Shown here piece by piece: positions 1-13,284 of a stretch of 64,000 nt of DNA. The position numbers and the translations under genes are program-made. The first letter of the stretch is position 1; each line of letters opens with the position of its first letter. The stretch comes from Fimicolochytrium jonesii (taxonomy: Eukaryota), in the NCBI RefSeq assembly GCF_025526975.1, contig NW_026515686.1:434001-498000 (forward strand), written 5' to 3'. The notes under the pieces are model-generated. The model saw only the letters and a list, made by a program, of their open reading frames with translations. It did not search any database and was not told where the DNA came from.

Positions 1-1179
1 TGTGAAAGCCTAAAGGCGACAACCGTGACGATGAAAGGTCCGTTCGGTTTCATGGTCTGGATATTGACACCAGTGCGGAGATCCCAACCTTCTGTATCTC
101 GTGGTGCTCAATGTACTCCAGGTATTGTTGTTTGTAAACAGCATACAGGAAGCTTTTTTGGTTCTTCAGCAGAGTCTTCGAACATAACCGATCGACTTCC
201 GCCCAATCTCCGTCTGATGGTTTGTCGATTCGTTTGTGGGATGGTCGATGATGTAGAGGAAGCAGCAGAGATGAGAAACTGGGCATAGAGACGGAAACTC
301 GGCTCCTCCGTCAACCATGTCCCTCATGCCGGCATGCAATCCCAAAACTCACCCAGCACGGCCTTGCGCATGCGTCTTATCTCGATCTGCCGCTCTTCGC
401 GCTCATACGTCTTAACGTTGGCCTCGTCCAGCAGGGTCATCTTGGACGCATGGTACCCGCCGTCATGGAGGTACTGCACCACCATGCGCACAATGTCCTG
501 TTGGTCAAATGATTTGGAGATGCTCAGCGATGAAATGCCACGCACAAGGCCCGATACGTTTGCCCGAAAATCGCATGTCGCCTGCAGTTCATTGACAGTT
601 GATCCCATCCCCCGAACCGCAACATACCTCCTTGATGCGCTCCTCATTCACGTTGAAGATATCGTCCGTTGGCCGTATCGCTGTCGGCTGTATGCCGACA
701 TGCTTCTGATTTGCCGCAATCGTCACCAGACTGCTCACCGCAATATGGAGGGACACGAATCCCGACGTTAGCGCCTTCCATGTACAAACTCTCCGACCAG
801 GCCCCCACATTCCCCTCACGTGGGAGCTCCCACGGTGCAAGCTGACAGCGCTCAACCAATCGTACAGTAACCCGTCCCCTCTCTCGCTTTAGGCTCCTCA
901 CCTGCTCCGCCGCGACTCCACCGTCGTCCCCGTTGCTGTCTCCTGTGCCACTGATGTCTCCGAGCTCCGCAGCGGCCGCTCCTCCGGATCTACCACGGTC
1001 CCAGCCTCCATCGCCCGCCCCACCGCTGCTTCCACCTCCTTTTTCGGCGCTGTCAGGCCGTTATGATCTTGAGCAGCAACGAACCATAAGATATGCGGGC
1101 TGTGAACGACATGAACGGAACTTTGAAGACCCTGACGGTTACCTGTGGTAGCAGCCTCCGTCGACGTCGGCTGAGACAT
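1..1179 (-). CDS. LisH/CTLH-motif protein, 5' part of a multi-exon gene that runs off the window start (such proteins often end in WD40 repeats)
   Basis: ATG 1179; exon pieces joined through GT-AG introns give DIVRMVVQYLHDGGYHASKMTLLDEA (LisH) and IRRMRKAVL.GDWAEVDRLC...FLYAVYKQQYLEYIEHHEIQKAF (CTLH-like). Confidence 0.75.
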
Positions 1180-2467
1180 TCGGCCTCCGCTTCTCTCCTA
1201 GTGTTCCAGGTCTATGTTTTGTGTCGTTAGCTCTTCCAAGCCTGTTCGAGCTGTTTCTGGCGTCCCGCAGGAATGCGACACTTGTTGTTCACAAAACTCT
1301 GACGTTCCGGCGCCGAAGTTGGACAGCCTCCCACCGATACTGGAGCTGAACTTTATGTATATATATGTGAGGTAGTGACACTCAAGTGTCAAGCGGACCT
1401 CTAGTGTTTTCAATGGAGCTTGAATGGAGCTCAGAATGGAGCTTCTTTACGCGGCCGGACATCCCTGCAGTCATCCCCCCACCTCCAAAAACACACAGGT
1501 GTCTTGGGCTAGACGTAGCAAACCACCGGCAGCATGCTTTGCCCTGTTTCACCCAGCTTCCGTTTGAGCAAACCAGCTTGGACGTCTTGGACGGTTTCGA
1601 ATTCGTACGGGAAGTGTTATTGTTCCTTGGCAATGCCAGCTGTGGAAGCTCTGCTTGAGAAACCGCCTACATGGTGAGTACCACCCAGCTTTGCTAGACG
1701 CACTGCTAATGGTATTTGGACCACTGGCTCAAGTAGGGAAAGGTTTACTGCTGTTTCGCAGTCCAGAAGTGTTATGGGAGGGTATCGAGCACAGACTACT
1801 ATATGGAACAATTCTGCACGCCATCGGCCTTCCTGTTATCCCTGGCGACGAGAACGAAGGCCTCACGGATCTCCCTATCAGACATCCACGCATACGCAGT
1901 GACCAACCATCAACGCTCGAAAGGTCAGCGGCATTTGAGGCGAAACGTGACGAATCGGAGATCGAATGCAGCCCCGCCACAGGAAGGCAGCAGCCTTGGC
2001 GGAGATGGAGATGGTTGGGATGAACCGGGACACCGAGGGGGACTCGGCATGCGTCAGGCGTGGAAAGGTACCGTTACATCTGGGAGCGATTTTGCATTCG
2101 AATCGACTCAGCATAGCCGGCAGTCGCTGGATGACCCACATTCGATCAAGATCAATCAGAGATCGCCGGATCGTGGCCTTGGTCGTGCGCTCGAAAGAGC
2201 AGGGCGATGCGGGAGCATGCTATGTGGAAAAGGTGTACGTACGTACGTCGTAAATCGCTGCGGCAGCGAGAGAGAGTGGACGAAATGGCATGGTCAATGA
2301 TGAGCGGTCGCCCATGGGCGCAACGGAAGCCCCAGGGCTCAGTAACTTAAGACTCCGCTTTCGAACTTGACCCCTGAAGCCCGACATACCCGCACCCCAC
2401 CAACCACCCACAAACTCACCCATACCCTCAGCCAACACCCACTCCCCATCCTCGTCAAACAAGCACA

Positions 2468-3705
2468 ATGGGCGGCAAAGGCAAAGGAAAAGCCAGAGTA
2501 GTAAGTACTCTGTGTTTGCCGGAAACCCCATACGCGAAGCGGAATGGCAGAGATGGCAAAGATTCTTGCGACGGCGGCACGATTCGGATATCGGGACCGC
2601 CAGGTTGTATCCCGCAAGCTGCGGTCCTATTTGGAAGGCCTGTTCCATTGTATGTCACTTCCGAGTCCTGACCAAGTATGTTTTGAAAGGCTTTTGCCGA
2701 CAGCCCCTACTTCAAATTCGTGGGGATGACTTTCATGGCGGTGCTCCGAGCCTTCATCTACAACAACAACAGGGACTACTCTGGGGACGACTCGACCTTC
2801 AAGGACATGCGTGTCCTCACCGGTCCGCTGAAGGTGGACATCTTCGTCCCGGCCGACTGCAAGGAGTGGCGCTGGACGGCTGTCCGCAGGTATGTCCAAC
2901 TGTTTGTGTGCTTATTTTCTGTCCCTGGGGTGCTGACGAGCATTCTTCCATACACAGTGAGGTGAAAGGCATGGGTCATGCCACCCATTTCCAAGGCCGT
3001 TACCATTGGAAATGCGTCTTGCCATCCGCCAGTGCCAGCTCGTTGGGCCTGGGCGGTTTGGGCCGCATGAGGATTGACGGTGATCCACAATGAAGTCCTT
3101 TAGCTTCTCACGCTAAGGATCGCTCCTCTGTGCTAAACTTGAAACAAAACATGCCATACGTATACACAAGCATCCTGGCATCCGCCTTCACGAATGTCGC
3201 TCCGCATCCATGGCACAGATGTACAGTACACGACTCGGCTGGCGTTCGCCTTTGGGACACCTGGCGCCGCATACTATACGCGTCGCCTCACCGTTTTGAA
3301 CCCTCACCTACATCTCACGCCTCGCGAACGCCTCACGCGTTGGGTCCCCGTTTTGAAACGTTACTTGCAATCCGTTTCCGGTCGACGACATTTCTAGATC
3401 ACCCAAACCTCTCTGCTCACTGGTGCAACAATGCAGAGGCCGTTATCTTTGGGCCGAGTCACTTTGCGGTTATGCGTCGTTATCAAGATCACCGGCACGA
3501 ACTACCTAGACAGCTACGACGACATCTATGGGGTGGGGAGTTGTCCAAGAAGATCATGGATCGCCTTCTACTCAGTAGAACGGGCCAGGCATATGCCAGA
3601 AGCGCAGTGTTCGTAGCAATGCGCGCCGAGATCCTCGCGACGATACCGGAGGCGGACCCGCTGCAGAAAGATACCGTAGTCCGTGGGGAGATATTTCTCC
3701 GTTGA
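2468..3705 (+). pseudogene. Hypothetical intron-containing gene, probably disrupted
   Basis: Donors GTAAGT (~2501) and GTATGT (~2890), acceptor CACAG (~2958); protein-like frames 2720-2889 and 3130-3705 separated by an in-frame TGA near 3091; no recognisable domain. Confidence 0.3.
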
Positions 3706-4856
3706 CGTGACGCGAGCTAGACTCCGCCCTTCACCTGCGCCTCATACATGTCTCCAGAGGAAAGTTGGAAGTTGATCTGAACACGGGGCTTTGCATCAAG
3801 TGAGTTTCATCCGAACCCATGGAGTCGCCATGAGTGCTCTCCAGCATTTGACGGTCTTGGAAGTATTCCTCCGAAAAAAGGAACGCGGTGAGTCTCTGCC
3901 CTTATAGGGTGAAGGCGCACCGCTTTCCTTTCCTTGGAGACGTCTTCGCTGGCTTCATGTGAAAGACGTTGTCGCGGGATAGTCTGCATGTGCAGTCACG
4001 CCCGTGGACGTGGACATCCGCAGTGACGGTTCACATCCCGTCATTTCAACCGCAGTGGAATACAAATACATGGGGTCGGAGGGCGGACCGCTGTCCATCT
4101 GCTTACCATTAAAAGCCATCATTCGAACGCAAGCAAAATGCCGAAGCGCAAAAGCAGACTACGTGGGCGGAGTGAGGGTTCATTCTCTTCGCCGATTCTC
4201 GAGGCACGGCAACCAGAGTGCGGAAAAGAAATTTGAATGAGCTGCACATCCGCCGGAATCTCAAGACATGAGGGACGGGGCATTCGTCGTGTCAAATCTT
4301 ATGAGCGACGGAGATGGATGTGGACCCACCTCTGCAAAGACCGACATATCGGAGAAAATGTTCTGAGCTGAGTGGCTGTTTTACGACGACTACGACGACA
4401 CGCCTCAAGTAGTCTGAAGAGACGACCGTTTCCATACATGATAGTCGGCGATCCGGGACTATGCCGCTGGAGACGCTAAGCTGATGAGCCAACGACGGTA
4501 CATTCACGCACCGAAGGCCGGCTGAGGGCGTTTTGGGATATCCCGGTCATGTGAGTGTCAAAGTGCTTCGGAATACAAATCGACGTCTGACCATTGAGCT
4601 CTGTACGTCGAAATTTAGCGAATATCTGGCCATAACATGAGATGGTGATTCAGGAGCACCAGGAGTTCTCAATGAGGAAGGGCCTTTGACATTGTGCGGA
4701 CAAACAGAGGTCTTCTCAGAACTACATTTATTACAGTCTCAGTCCTCACGAGCAACAACAAAACAAAGTTTTCGAAGCTAACTTGCATGTACAAAATATT
4801 AACATCTTCCTCGTCATAACATCGTCAACTACCACACCCTGCTCGCGGCGCATCCC

Positions 4857-5441
4857 TCAAGCCGGAACGATAGCCAGCACCGAACTACAAGTCTTACACC
4901 TATGCACCTGGTCCTGACAGCCGGGACTACACAGCGGCACAAACGCCATCGGCCAGCAAAACAAAAACAGCAACCCACTCGAAAGCCACGCCTTCAACCC
5001 CGGTCGGCCTCTCACGCTCGTCTGCACATTCGCGTTACATCTCGGGCAGTACATCCGGAGGGACTCGCGTACGTTGACCATGACGATGCCGTCCGAGACT
5101 TGGTACATGATGGGTACGTTGGCTTGGACGGTGTAGAGCGGGCCTGGGTGGTGGGTGTAGTAGTCGGCGGGGCTTGGATAGGCGGGGGGCGAGCCGCCGG
5201 CTATGCCGGGGTACATGTTGGATGGGACGAGTTCAGGGGCATGGTGGGGCCGGGTTGCGAGTTGCGTGTTTGGAGGGTGGGTGGGGGCTTTGTGAGGGGG
5301 TTGGGGTTTGCTGGTGGTGGTGGTGGAGCTGGAAGAAGCGGCGTCGTAGGAGGGTGGGAGGTCGGTGGAGGAGGAGGCTGTTGTGGGGTCGAAGTCGCTG
5401 TGCTCGCCCTTTGGCACTAGAGGTTGTTTCTCGTCAGACAT
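4857..5441 (-). CDS. LITAF-like zinc-ribbon protein
   Basis: 194 aa; Pro-rich N-terminus with PPSY/PPAY motifs, then CPRC, a hydrophobic stretch and HRCKTC, the LITAF signature. Confidence 0.92.
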   Translation of the reverse strand: MSDEKQPLVPKGEHSDFDPTTASSSTDLPPSYDAASSSSTTTTSKPQPPHKAPTHPPNTQLATRPHHAPELVPSNMYPGIAGGSPPAYPSPADYYTHHPGPLYTVQANVPIMYQVSDGIVMVNVRESLRMYCPRCNANVQTSVRGRPGLKAWLSSGLLFLFCWPMAFVPLCSPGCQDQVHRCKTCSSVLAIVPA

Positions 5442-6081
5442 TACGTTGGTGAAGAGGTTTATAAGGTGATTTGGTTTTCAAGTAGAATAGATCGGTTTGA
5501 GTTTTGAATGAGGGTATGGGGTTGATAAGGGAGCGAGGCAGAGATAGAGCGAGCTTATATCTGTTGTTACGGGATGTCAGTCTTTCTAATGGCGGTGCCT
5601 TCGAAGGGGAAGAACGACGTGGAGGTCACTTGTTATTCCTTGGCATTTCGCCCCCACGCGATGGATGATGACAGTGTGGCTTGGCTCCTCCCACGCAGCG
5701 CGCGGCATCATATCCACCGTCACCCAGCCACCCGTTCCCGCATATTCGACATGGCTGGGACAAAGCCAGATGAACAAACTGCTCCACTTGCACTCAAAGT
5801 CCAAAAATCACATTTTTCGATGATCGAAAAGAACTCTCGAGATGATACCAACATATCGTTCATGAAAAGAAAAGAAAAGAAAAAGATTGATACGCCTTAT
5901 GTGGGGTTATCGCTACGACAAAAATGTGATGTACAAGGTGCTGGCGTCTATGTACACAGAGTGAGAGCGTTGCACGATCTATGGAGTCCATTATCTGTAC
6001 GACGATTGGGGGGTGTTATGGACGGTGTGTCGTGGTGAATGGCGGATGTGGTGTTGCGATCAATGTCCTCGCATTCTTTCT

Positions 6082-6853
6082 TTATACGGTACCGGCGAGG
6101 GAGATTTGGAGGTGGACCTTGGGGATATGTCTGTGCAACGCGTGGTGGAGCTGTGAACAGGGAGAAATGTCATGTAGGTCAGATTTGGGTGTCTCCAAAC
6201 AACAATCCACAAGAACGCCAATAGCTCACCTGCAACTCAACATCCTGCGGCTGCTCCGTCGCCTTGCTCAAATCAAACTTCGCCTTTCCAAACGACTTAT
6301 CCTCCACTCCATACGTATCCTTATCAAACAGCTCCACCGTCAGCGTCGGGTCCGCCGGGTGCACCTTCTCCTGATGCTCATGCTTCTTCCCCTTCTCCGC
6401 CTGCGCCTTCTCGGCCGCAGTCGGCTCCTTATGCGTCTTCACAGCATGTGTGCTCTGGTTATGATCCACCGCGATCCCGTTCAGACTCTCCGTCCCGCCA
6501 ACGATGATCTCGAACGTTTCGTTGAAGGGGACGTCCACGCCGTCTTTACGGTCTTTGTGGAGCGAGATGAACTTTTGCGCGCCTTGCCGGAGCACGACGT
6601 AGAGTTGGTGGTCGCCGCGGTCTTCGGGGGCGGGCGCTTTCACGCCCAGGGCTTGGATGATCTTGACGGTGAATTTCTTGGGGTGCGCAAGGAGTTCGGG
6701 GGAGGCGGCGTTGACGGTGCCTGTGGGGTTGTTGGCTTCGGCGGCTTCACGCTCGGCGGCGTGCTTGGCGGCGATCTCGTGTGCGGCGGCCAGTGCTCCG
6801 GGGTCTTCGGCGACCGCGCGGGTGATGCTGGGTGCTGCTCCTGTGGTGGCCAT
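6082..6853 (-). CDS. C2-domain protein (2 exons: 6853-6230, 6150-6082)
   Basis: FTVKIIQALGV...FNETFEI...LTVELFDKD...DKSFGKAKFDL; intron GTGAGC..CACAG restores the C-terminus LHHALHRHIPKVHLQISLAGTV*. Confidence 0.8.
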
Positions 6854-7501
6854 CTTTGTTGTGATCTGTGGTGTGGTGTTGGTGAGGGGAGTGTGGGTTG
6901 GGTTGTTGCGAGTTTCGTTTTTTTTTTTCGTATGGCTGGGAGAGGGCGGCTCGCAGACCTCCCTTCCTTTTATAAGAATTCCGAATGCGCATTCGACGTG
7001 GGAATCTTCCGGCAACACCCAGAGGGCTTGCTTGCCTCATTCTCTCAGCCCGGCGTGCTGCAGTCGTCCGTCATTATTGGACGCAATCCCAGTCTAATCA
7101 AACCCACCAGTTCACCTCGCCATCTTCATTAAGAATCCCACCATTCCCTAATCATTTCTGCCCCCCAGTTTGGTCTTCCCTCGCCTGGGCAGGGAACATG
7201 ACGTAAGTAGGCACATGCAACGAAGCGAGTCAGCCCGGCCGCCTAAATGACTCCAATCGGCCCGGGAATCTGGAAACCGGAAGCTTCCAAATAGGAATTT
7301 CTGATTCATTCATAGCGTCATGGTGCTAAGCCCTCCAATCAACAGAGTCCACGCGAAATAAACCATTCCTCACGTGACGCTGCCCCTCAAGTCTCGACCG
7401 CCGCTTGCGACAGCAGGCGGCTAACTCGTAGCGTCAACTAACCCTGCCCTACTCTTCTTCCCTGCCCGCCATACCTCCGAAAAAGCGCATCGAGTTCCGT
7501 T

Positions 7502-8484
7502 CTCGGTACAGAGCCGTATGCCTCCTCGTCGTGGCTCGGGGGAACGGTTGTTGAGCTCGTCACCAACGCCGCAGTCTCAAGCCCTCAGACCGCCGCACGC
7601 AAATCACTGTCCCTAGTGCTTGGGAGTGCCGCTGTCGAGACCCGCCCCGGGCACCGGGAAAAACTTGCGCTCGAAGAGCGTAATATTTTGCAAGCGATCT
7701 CGGGGGGTCTTCACATGCCTACATATCTAGGTTTACTTGTATTACCAACCGTGGGCCCCTAGGACTCTACGTGACTGGCTATCCTTGCACCGAGGACGGC
7801 ACGAAGATCGCGCCGGGAGCTGGCGCGCTGGCGACCATTCGCCGAGTCGGTTCACAATTGATGCTATGCCTTGCGGCAAGCCTCCACAGCTTGCACGCTC
7901 TTCAGCCGTCCGTTTTACACCGCGACATTAGGCCCGAGAACATCTTTCTCGACAATCACGGTAGGATTCTCTGTGTCGATTTCGGAGTGGCCCGTGCTCT
8001 CACCGACAGCAGCATACGTTCATCATACGCCGGCACCGAGAAATACATGGCGCCCGAGGCCGGCACAAGATACGCTCGGCCTGCCGAAGTTTTTTCGCTA
8101 GCAGGCGTGTATGCAGAGATCCTTTGTATCATGCTCGGATACTTTCCTGCGAATTCTTTAGACACCGAGATGGCGAACGGTGCCTGGAAAGGCAGAACAG
8201 CGCGTACGAAAGGGTTGGAATGGCTCTCCAAAGAAGTGACAGCTGACACGTCTCTTGAACCTGACCTGTCTCTTGGCCCTCTCCTTGAGTTGATCAAGAC
8301 GATGCTTCCCATCCATCCGCACGAACGTCCAAAGGCAGGTGACGTGCACGATAGCTTGCGGGCTTGGCGGACCGACTACGTCTGCTGCAGTGCAGTGCTC
8401 ACTAATGAGCACGACGACATCGTCACTCCTCCGTCGCCCGAAAAAGGACCATCGGGATCCTACGCGCGGGTGTATTCATCATGA
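7502..8484 (+). pseudogene. Ser/Thr protein kinase, frameshifted
   Basis: C-lobe intact (HRDIRPENI, DFG, GTEKYMAPE); N-lobe pieces (AARKSL..ALEERNILQAI; YLYYQPWAPRTLRDWL) lie in two other frames with no intron to join them. Confidence 0.75.
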
Positions 8485-9633
8485 TCTGGGTGCGAAATGT
8501 CCCCAATGAACGCACCCGTACCGTCCTCATATGATTTGCATATTAGCAGAACCGGCAACGCCAAGTAGAACGCACCCCTCCCTGTCCTTTGTCATTTCTG
8601 CATTGTAATGGAGGGCCTGCTTCTTCAAAATCAGATTCAGCAGAAACACTGTGGAGCTCCGGTCAACTCTCCATGCCAGTGCTCGATGTTCCATGATGTC
8701 ACGTTCATTACTGTATCCTTCGTGACGCCCTGCCATATGCGAGGAGCCGATTGCTTTCTGCTGTTAAGGGTGTGCTAAGCCAGCCAGTGAGGGCAGGCGA
8801 GAAATGGTGAACTCCGCAGGGAAATCGACGACATGCGACTCGGCATTGGTGACGAGAAGTGAATGCGGGAATGCACTTCAATAGCGATCACGCGTTCATT
8901 TGTCTCCCCCAAGCATCCATGCACAAGCTTGTCGACTTCCACCGGAACCGTTCCGACGCATATGCACCCCCTTGCCTTCACACCCACATGTTTGTCCGTC
9001 TCCAAAACCATTCTGCAGTTCTTCTGCCTGATCTAGCCTTCCGGGTGAACCTGAATACCGTTCAGGTCGATACATGCTGTTCAGTCCACAGACATGAGGG
9101 GGCTCCGTCACTGAATATCGTGAACGCCAAAAGGCTAAAAGTCTACTTCGATGGACGCGTCAATTGACATTTTACCCCTTGACGGCACTCATCCAGTCAA
9201 CCATAGAACCTCCAGGGACAGGGGATTGTCTGCAGGCCCGCCGCGCTCGTCATTATTTGCCCCTGCCAAACAAATCATCGAACAGAAAAAAGCTAGAAAG
9301 CTACCGCGGTGGTGGCAGAAAATGCGGGACGCGGAAAGCCCGGACGGCGCCTATGAGTTTTTCCCGCCGTCTTTTTCCTGAAGCTTAAAAGGTAACAAAG
9401 GTGGCGCCCCGTACCTTCCGGCGGATTCTGCTTGACGTCGTTTTCGCACTAATCCCTTGACGTACTAGAGAAGGTGGCACGGCACGGGCTAAACATTTTG
9501 CGTTGCGTGTGTGCTGCGATCCATACCCAAACTCTGGTTAAGTTTAACTAAGTTGTTCTATCGCTTCCTATCCGGGATCTGTCCAGCAACATCAAATTCG
9601 ACCCACCGAGGATATACAGTATATAATCCACCA

Positions 9634-12431
9634 ATGTCGTCCACCGCCTCCTCCTCGGGCCCGTCGCCGTCCACATCAACCAGCTTCGACTCCGAACGCA
9701 CCGTGAACGCCATGCACACATATCACCACCTCCCACCAGCGTCCGAGCCCGATCACATCCAAATGCAAGATACCGCTGCGGCCGCCGACGACGCGGATGA
9801 TGCCGCCGAGTATGAGACCAAAGATGACGCGGAAACGTGTTTGCTGGAACTGCCCCGGCCTGTGACTGCCTCCGCGCGGCGGGATTCGGTGGCGGAGGAG
9901 AAGAGGAAAGCTGTCGCGGCGGCGGCGGCGGCGGCCGACATCGGATCTGGGAAGAGTGGCGATGGGAAGGGGAGTGTGGCCGCCAAGGCGTGGAATCTGA
10001 CGATTTGGACTGCGGTTGTGATTGTGCTTTTGGCGATGGTTTTTGAAGCGTTGCGGACGGAGTCTGGTAAGCACTGTTTTTTTCTGGCAGTGGTATGGGA
10101 CATTGGACATCGGGGTTTCAAGTCAAACCCCGGATCTGCGACGGCCATTTTGACCTCACGCATCCTTCTCTCTTTCTGTCAGACCCAGACACATGCGATA
10201 CCCAACTAGCCGACGCCAACTGGGTCACCATCCCCTCCGCCTCCCGCACCTGGCACACCGAAACCTGTTTCCTCCAATCCTACACCGCCAAACCCGCCCA
10301 ACAATGCCTCCACTCCAGCCGCATCACCATCATTGGCGACTCCACCGCGCGCCAAATCTACCATTCCCTCAGCGCACTGCTCAAATCCCGCTCCCCACTC
10401 GAAATCGCACAAAAGGGCGATCGCCATTCGGATCTGACCGAGGCGGCCCCGGGGAGTATTGATCTGGCGTTCCATTGGGACCCGTTTTTGAATGTCACGG
10501 ATTGGCGCGTGCCTGGGTTGGACGCGCGGGTGGGGAAGATTGAGAGGGGAGGGAAGGACTCACGGAACTCGTTGATGCTTGTGAGCGCTGGACCGTGGTT
10601 CATGAAGTACGGAGGCACGACCGGGTTTCAGGATTTCTCAAGAGCGGTGGAGACCATGCTTGCGGGAGTGGGCGGATGGGTGGAAGGGATCCCTGATACG
10701 ATGGTGGTGCGGCCCGTCAACCCCGTGCATCCCGATAAACTGGACGACGCTCGACGGTCAACCATGACGCCCGCGAAGGTGCACCAATATAACAAGTACC
10801 TCATGACAAAACTCGGCGACCCGGCCACCCGGCACGAACTTCATGTCCCGACGTACGTTGAGGCGCTATATGCGTCTGTCCCGGAAGACCACACCGCCGA
10901 TGGATTTCACTACGATTGGCCGACCGTGGCCAACGAGGTGCAGTTGTACCTCAACAGAATGTGCAATGCCCGTTTGTACGCAGCGAATCCGGCGGGCAAA
11001 ACGACTTGCTGTGTAAAGTACGCGCCCATCAGGACTCAACAGTGGATATCCCTCGCTGCATTGTTCCTCATCGCAGCACTCGGGTGGGCCTTCACCACCT
11101 GCGACTCACCCGCCAGCAAATCCCTCGCAAAATTCCGCGCCGCCCACCTCTCCTCCCCCCGCACCAGCACCGACCTCCTCCTGCTCACGTCCGTCCTCCT
11201 CTACATGCTTGTAACCGACCGCACCTCCCTCCTTTCGAAAGTCAACAAAATCTACTCCACCCCCGTCTTCACGCTACTCACGCTCCTCTGGCTCCTCCCG
11301 GGTCTCATAACCGCGACAACGGAAAAAGACACATCCTTCATGAACCGCTACCAGACGGACGAGTGGAAAGGGTGGATGCAGCTGGCGATCCTGATATACC
11401 ACTACACCGGCGCGAGCCAGATCACACCCGTGTACGCCTTCATCCGGTTACTGGTCGCGAGTTACCTGTTCATGACGGGGTACGGGCATTTCTTCTTTTT
11501 CTACAAGAAGAAGGTGTACACGTTCACGAGGGCGGCCACGACGTTACTAAGATTAAACGTGTTGTCGGTCGCGATGGCGTATGTGATGGACAAGGACGTG
11601 CTGTTTTACTATTTTGGACCCATGGTCTCGTTCTGGTTTCTGGTGCTGTGGGTGACCATGTGGGCCGGCCACACGCACAACGACAACACGCGGTTCATCG
11701 TCGGCAAGATCGTCTTTGCGGCCGCGGTCAGCAGCGTCGTCGTCCACACCGAATGGGTGCTCGCGACCCTCTTCAAAGCGTTGGAGATGGTGTTTGCGGT
11801 CAAATGGAACGCGACGGAGAGTCTCTTCCGCCTCCGGCTGGACCATCTCATCGTGTTCAGCGGCATGCTCACGGCGCTGGTCGTCGCCAACACGTCCGGA
11901 AAGACCGTGGAGCGGTTCCGCCCGTACGCGATCGCGATGGCGGGCCTGGTTCTGCTCGCGTATACATTCATCGCGTTCACATCGCCGTCGAAATTCGAGT
12001 ACAACGCCCTGCACCCGTACATCTCGCCACTGGCCGTCATCGCATTCACCGTGCTGCGCAACAGCACCGCGGGCCTGCGCGGCACCACGTCGCGGCTGTT
12101 CAGGCATGTGGCGAAATCGTCGCTGGAGCTGTTTCTGGTGCAGTACCATGTGTGGCTGGCTGTGGATACCCGCGGGGTCGTTGTGCTGCCGTTTGGGCGG
12201 GTGCCGCTGTTTGGCGACTTTGGAGGCGGCGGCAGCTCGATGTCGGTGTTGACGCTCACGTTATCGTCGGCGCTGTCGTTTATCGTGTTTGGGATTGTGT
12301 TTTTCGCTATTGCGGAACGGTTATCGGATGTGAGCGCACGGTTGGTGGATGCGATCGGCGGGCCGAAAGCGGGGAAATTACGGACGGTGGGGGTGCTGGT
12401 TGCTTTGGCGGCGTGGAACTGGTTGTGGTGA
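9634..12431 (+). CDS. CAS1: Cas1p/CASD1-family O-acetyltransferase (SGNH-like domain + 10-TM acyltransferase); intron 10067-10182
   Basis: IIGDSTARQ, DGFHY, MNRYQTDEWKGWMQLAILIYHY, AFIRLLVASYLFMTGYGHF, YYFGPMVSFWF, SLELFLVQYHVWL. Confidence 0.93.
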
Positions 12432-12758
12432 GGGATTCCAAACTGCACGGATAGTTCAGGGCAACGAGAACAAGGTCATCTAACAGAACAATGGGGCCAC
12501 ACACGTGCGGAGTTCAGATGGGTAACGGCCATATATATTATTACGTGGAAAGGGAGATTGTAATCTTGTCCATATAACTTATATTTATCGTAGAGGAAAG
12601 TCTCTCTTCACCAAGGACTCGTGTGTAGAGATAGGAACAGACCCCCATTCCGAACGTGCATTCAATGTTGAAGCAGTCTCCCGACGCCATCACCCATCAT
12701 CCGCAACGCTGCAAATCGGGTGTACGAAAGGACAAAATAGAAAAAAGAAATTGATGAC

Positions 12759-12829
12759 TGCCAAAGGGCGGAATCGAACCGCCGTCCTCACGGCCACAAC
12801 GTGATGTGCTGCCACTATACCACTTTGGC
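12759..12829 (-). tRNA. tRNA-His (GTG)
   Basis: Reverse complement folds as a cloverleaf: GCCAAAG/CTTTGGC acceptor stem, TCACG-TTGTGGC-CGTGA anticodon arm, GGTTCGATT T-loop; T-rich Pol III terminator at ~12741-12750. Confidence 0.96.
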
Positions 12830-13284
12830 TTGTTGTTTCAAGGACAGACGGTGGGATACAATCTGAACTTAAATCCGCCCATAGAGACGAATATGAGCTT
12901 CATGTTGATCCGCTTGTTTTCCTTATACCTGGCCATGCGCTTTGTCAAGTTGGTTTGGATACCATGCGGAAGATTGGTTTTAGTTTTTCCTCTAATTGGA
13001 CCCAAAAATCAATTATGGGAGGATGGCTCTTCCAACTTCAACGGACAATAACTTGACAACCAGACAGTTTTCAGACTTGACTACTGTGTAGGTTGAATAT
13101 GCTCCTGCTTCCGGGCAATCCGACCGTATCACTCCCATGAGCTGCCGTCCAGTATGTGTGGTTGTCAATTAAAGCCCTTTGGTAAGCGATTTTTCTAATT
13201 GTTTACAATTGAAACGCGTGCGTTCCGAAAACTTTTGTCGTGGTACTGTATGTGTACTTGACGTCGCTTACTCTCTTTCCAGCC

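Noticed and set aside
1413..2300. Possible selenoprotein or readthrough gene (in-frame TGA at 1656 before an intron at 1674-1737)
   Set aside because: No CxxU/UxxC or known selenoprotein context, no SECIS identified, and the coding frame is ambiguous
5981..7132. 383-aa plus-strand ORF
   Set aside because: Antisense shadow of the GC-rich C2 gene
8527..9388. Short ORFs between the kinase and CAS1
   Set aside because: No motif or consistent exon structure
9634..12431. CAS1 as CRISPR Cas1
   Set aside because: Name collision only; this is a membrane O-acetyltransferase, and no repeat-spacer array exists in the window
10916..12454. 512-aa alternative-frame ORF and antisense ORFs
   Set aside because: Artefacts of high GC3 within CAS1
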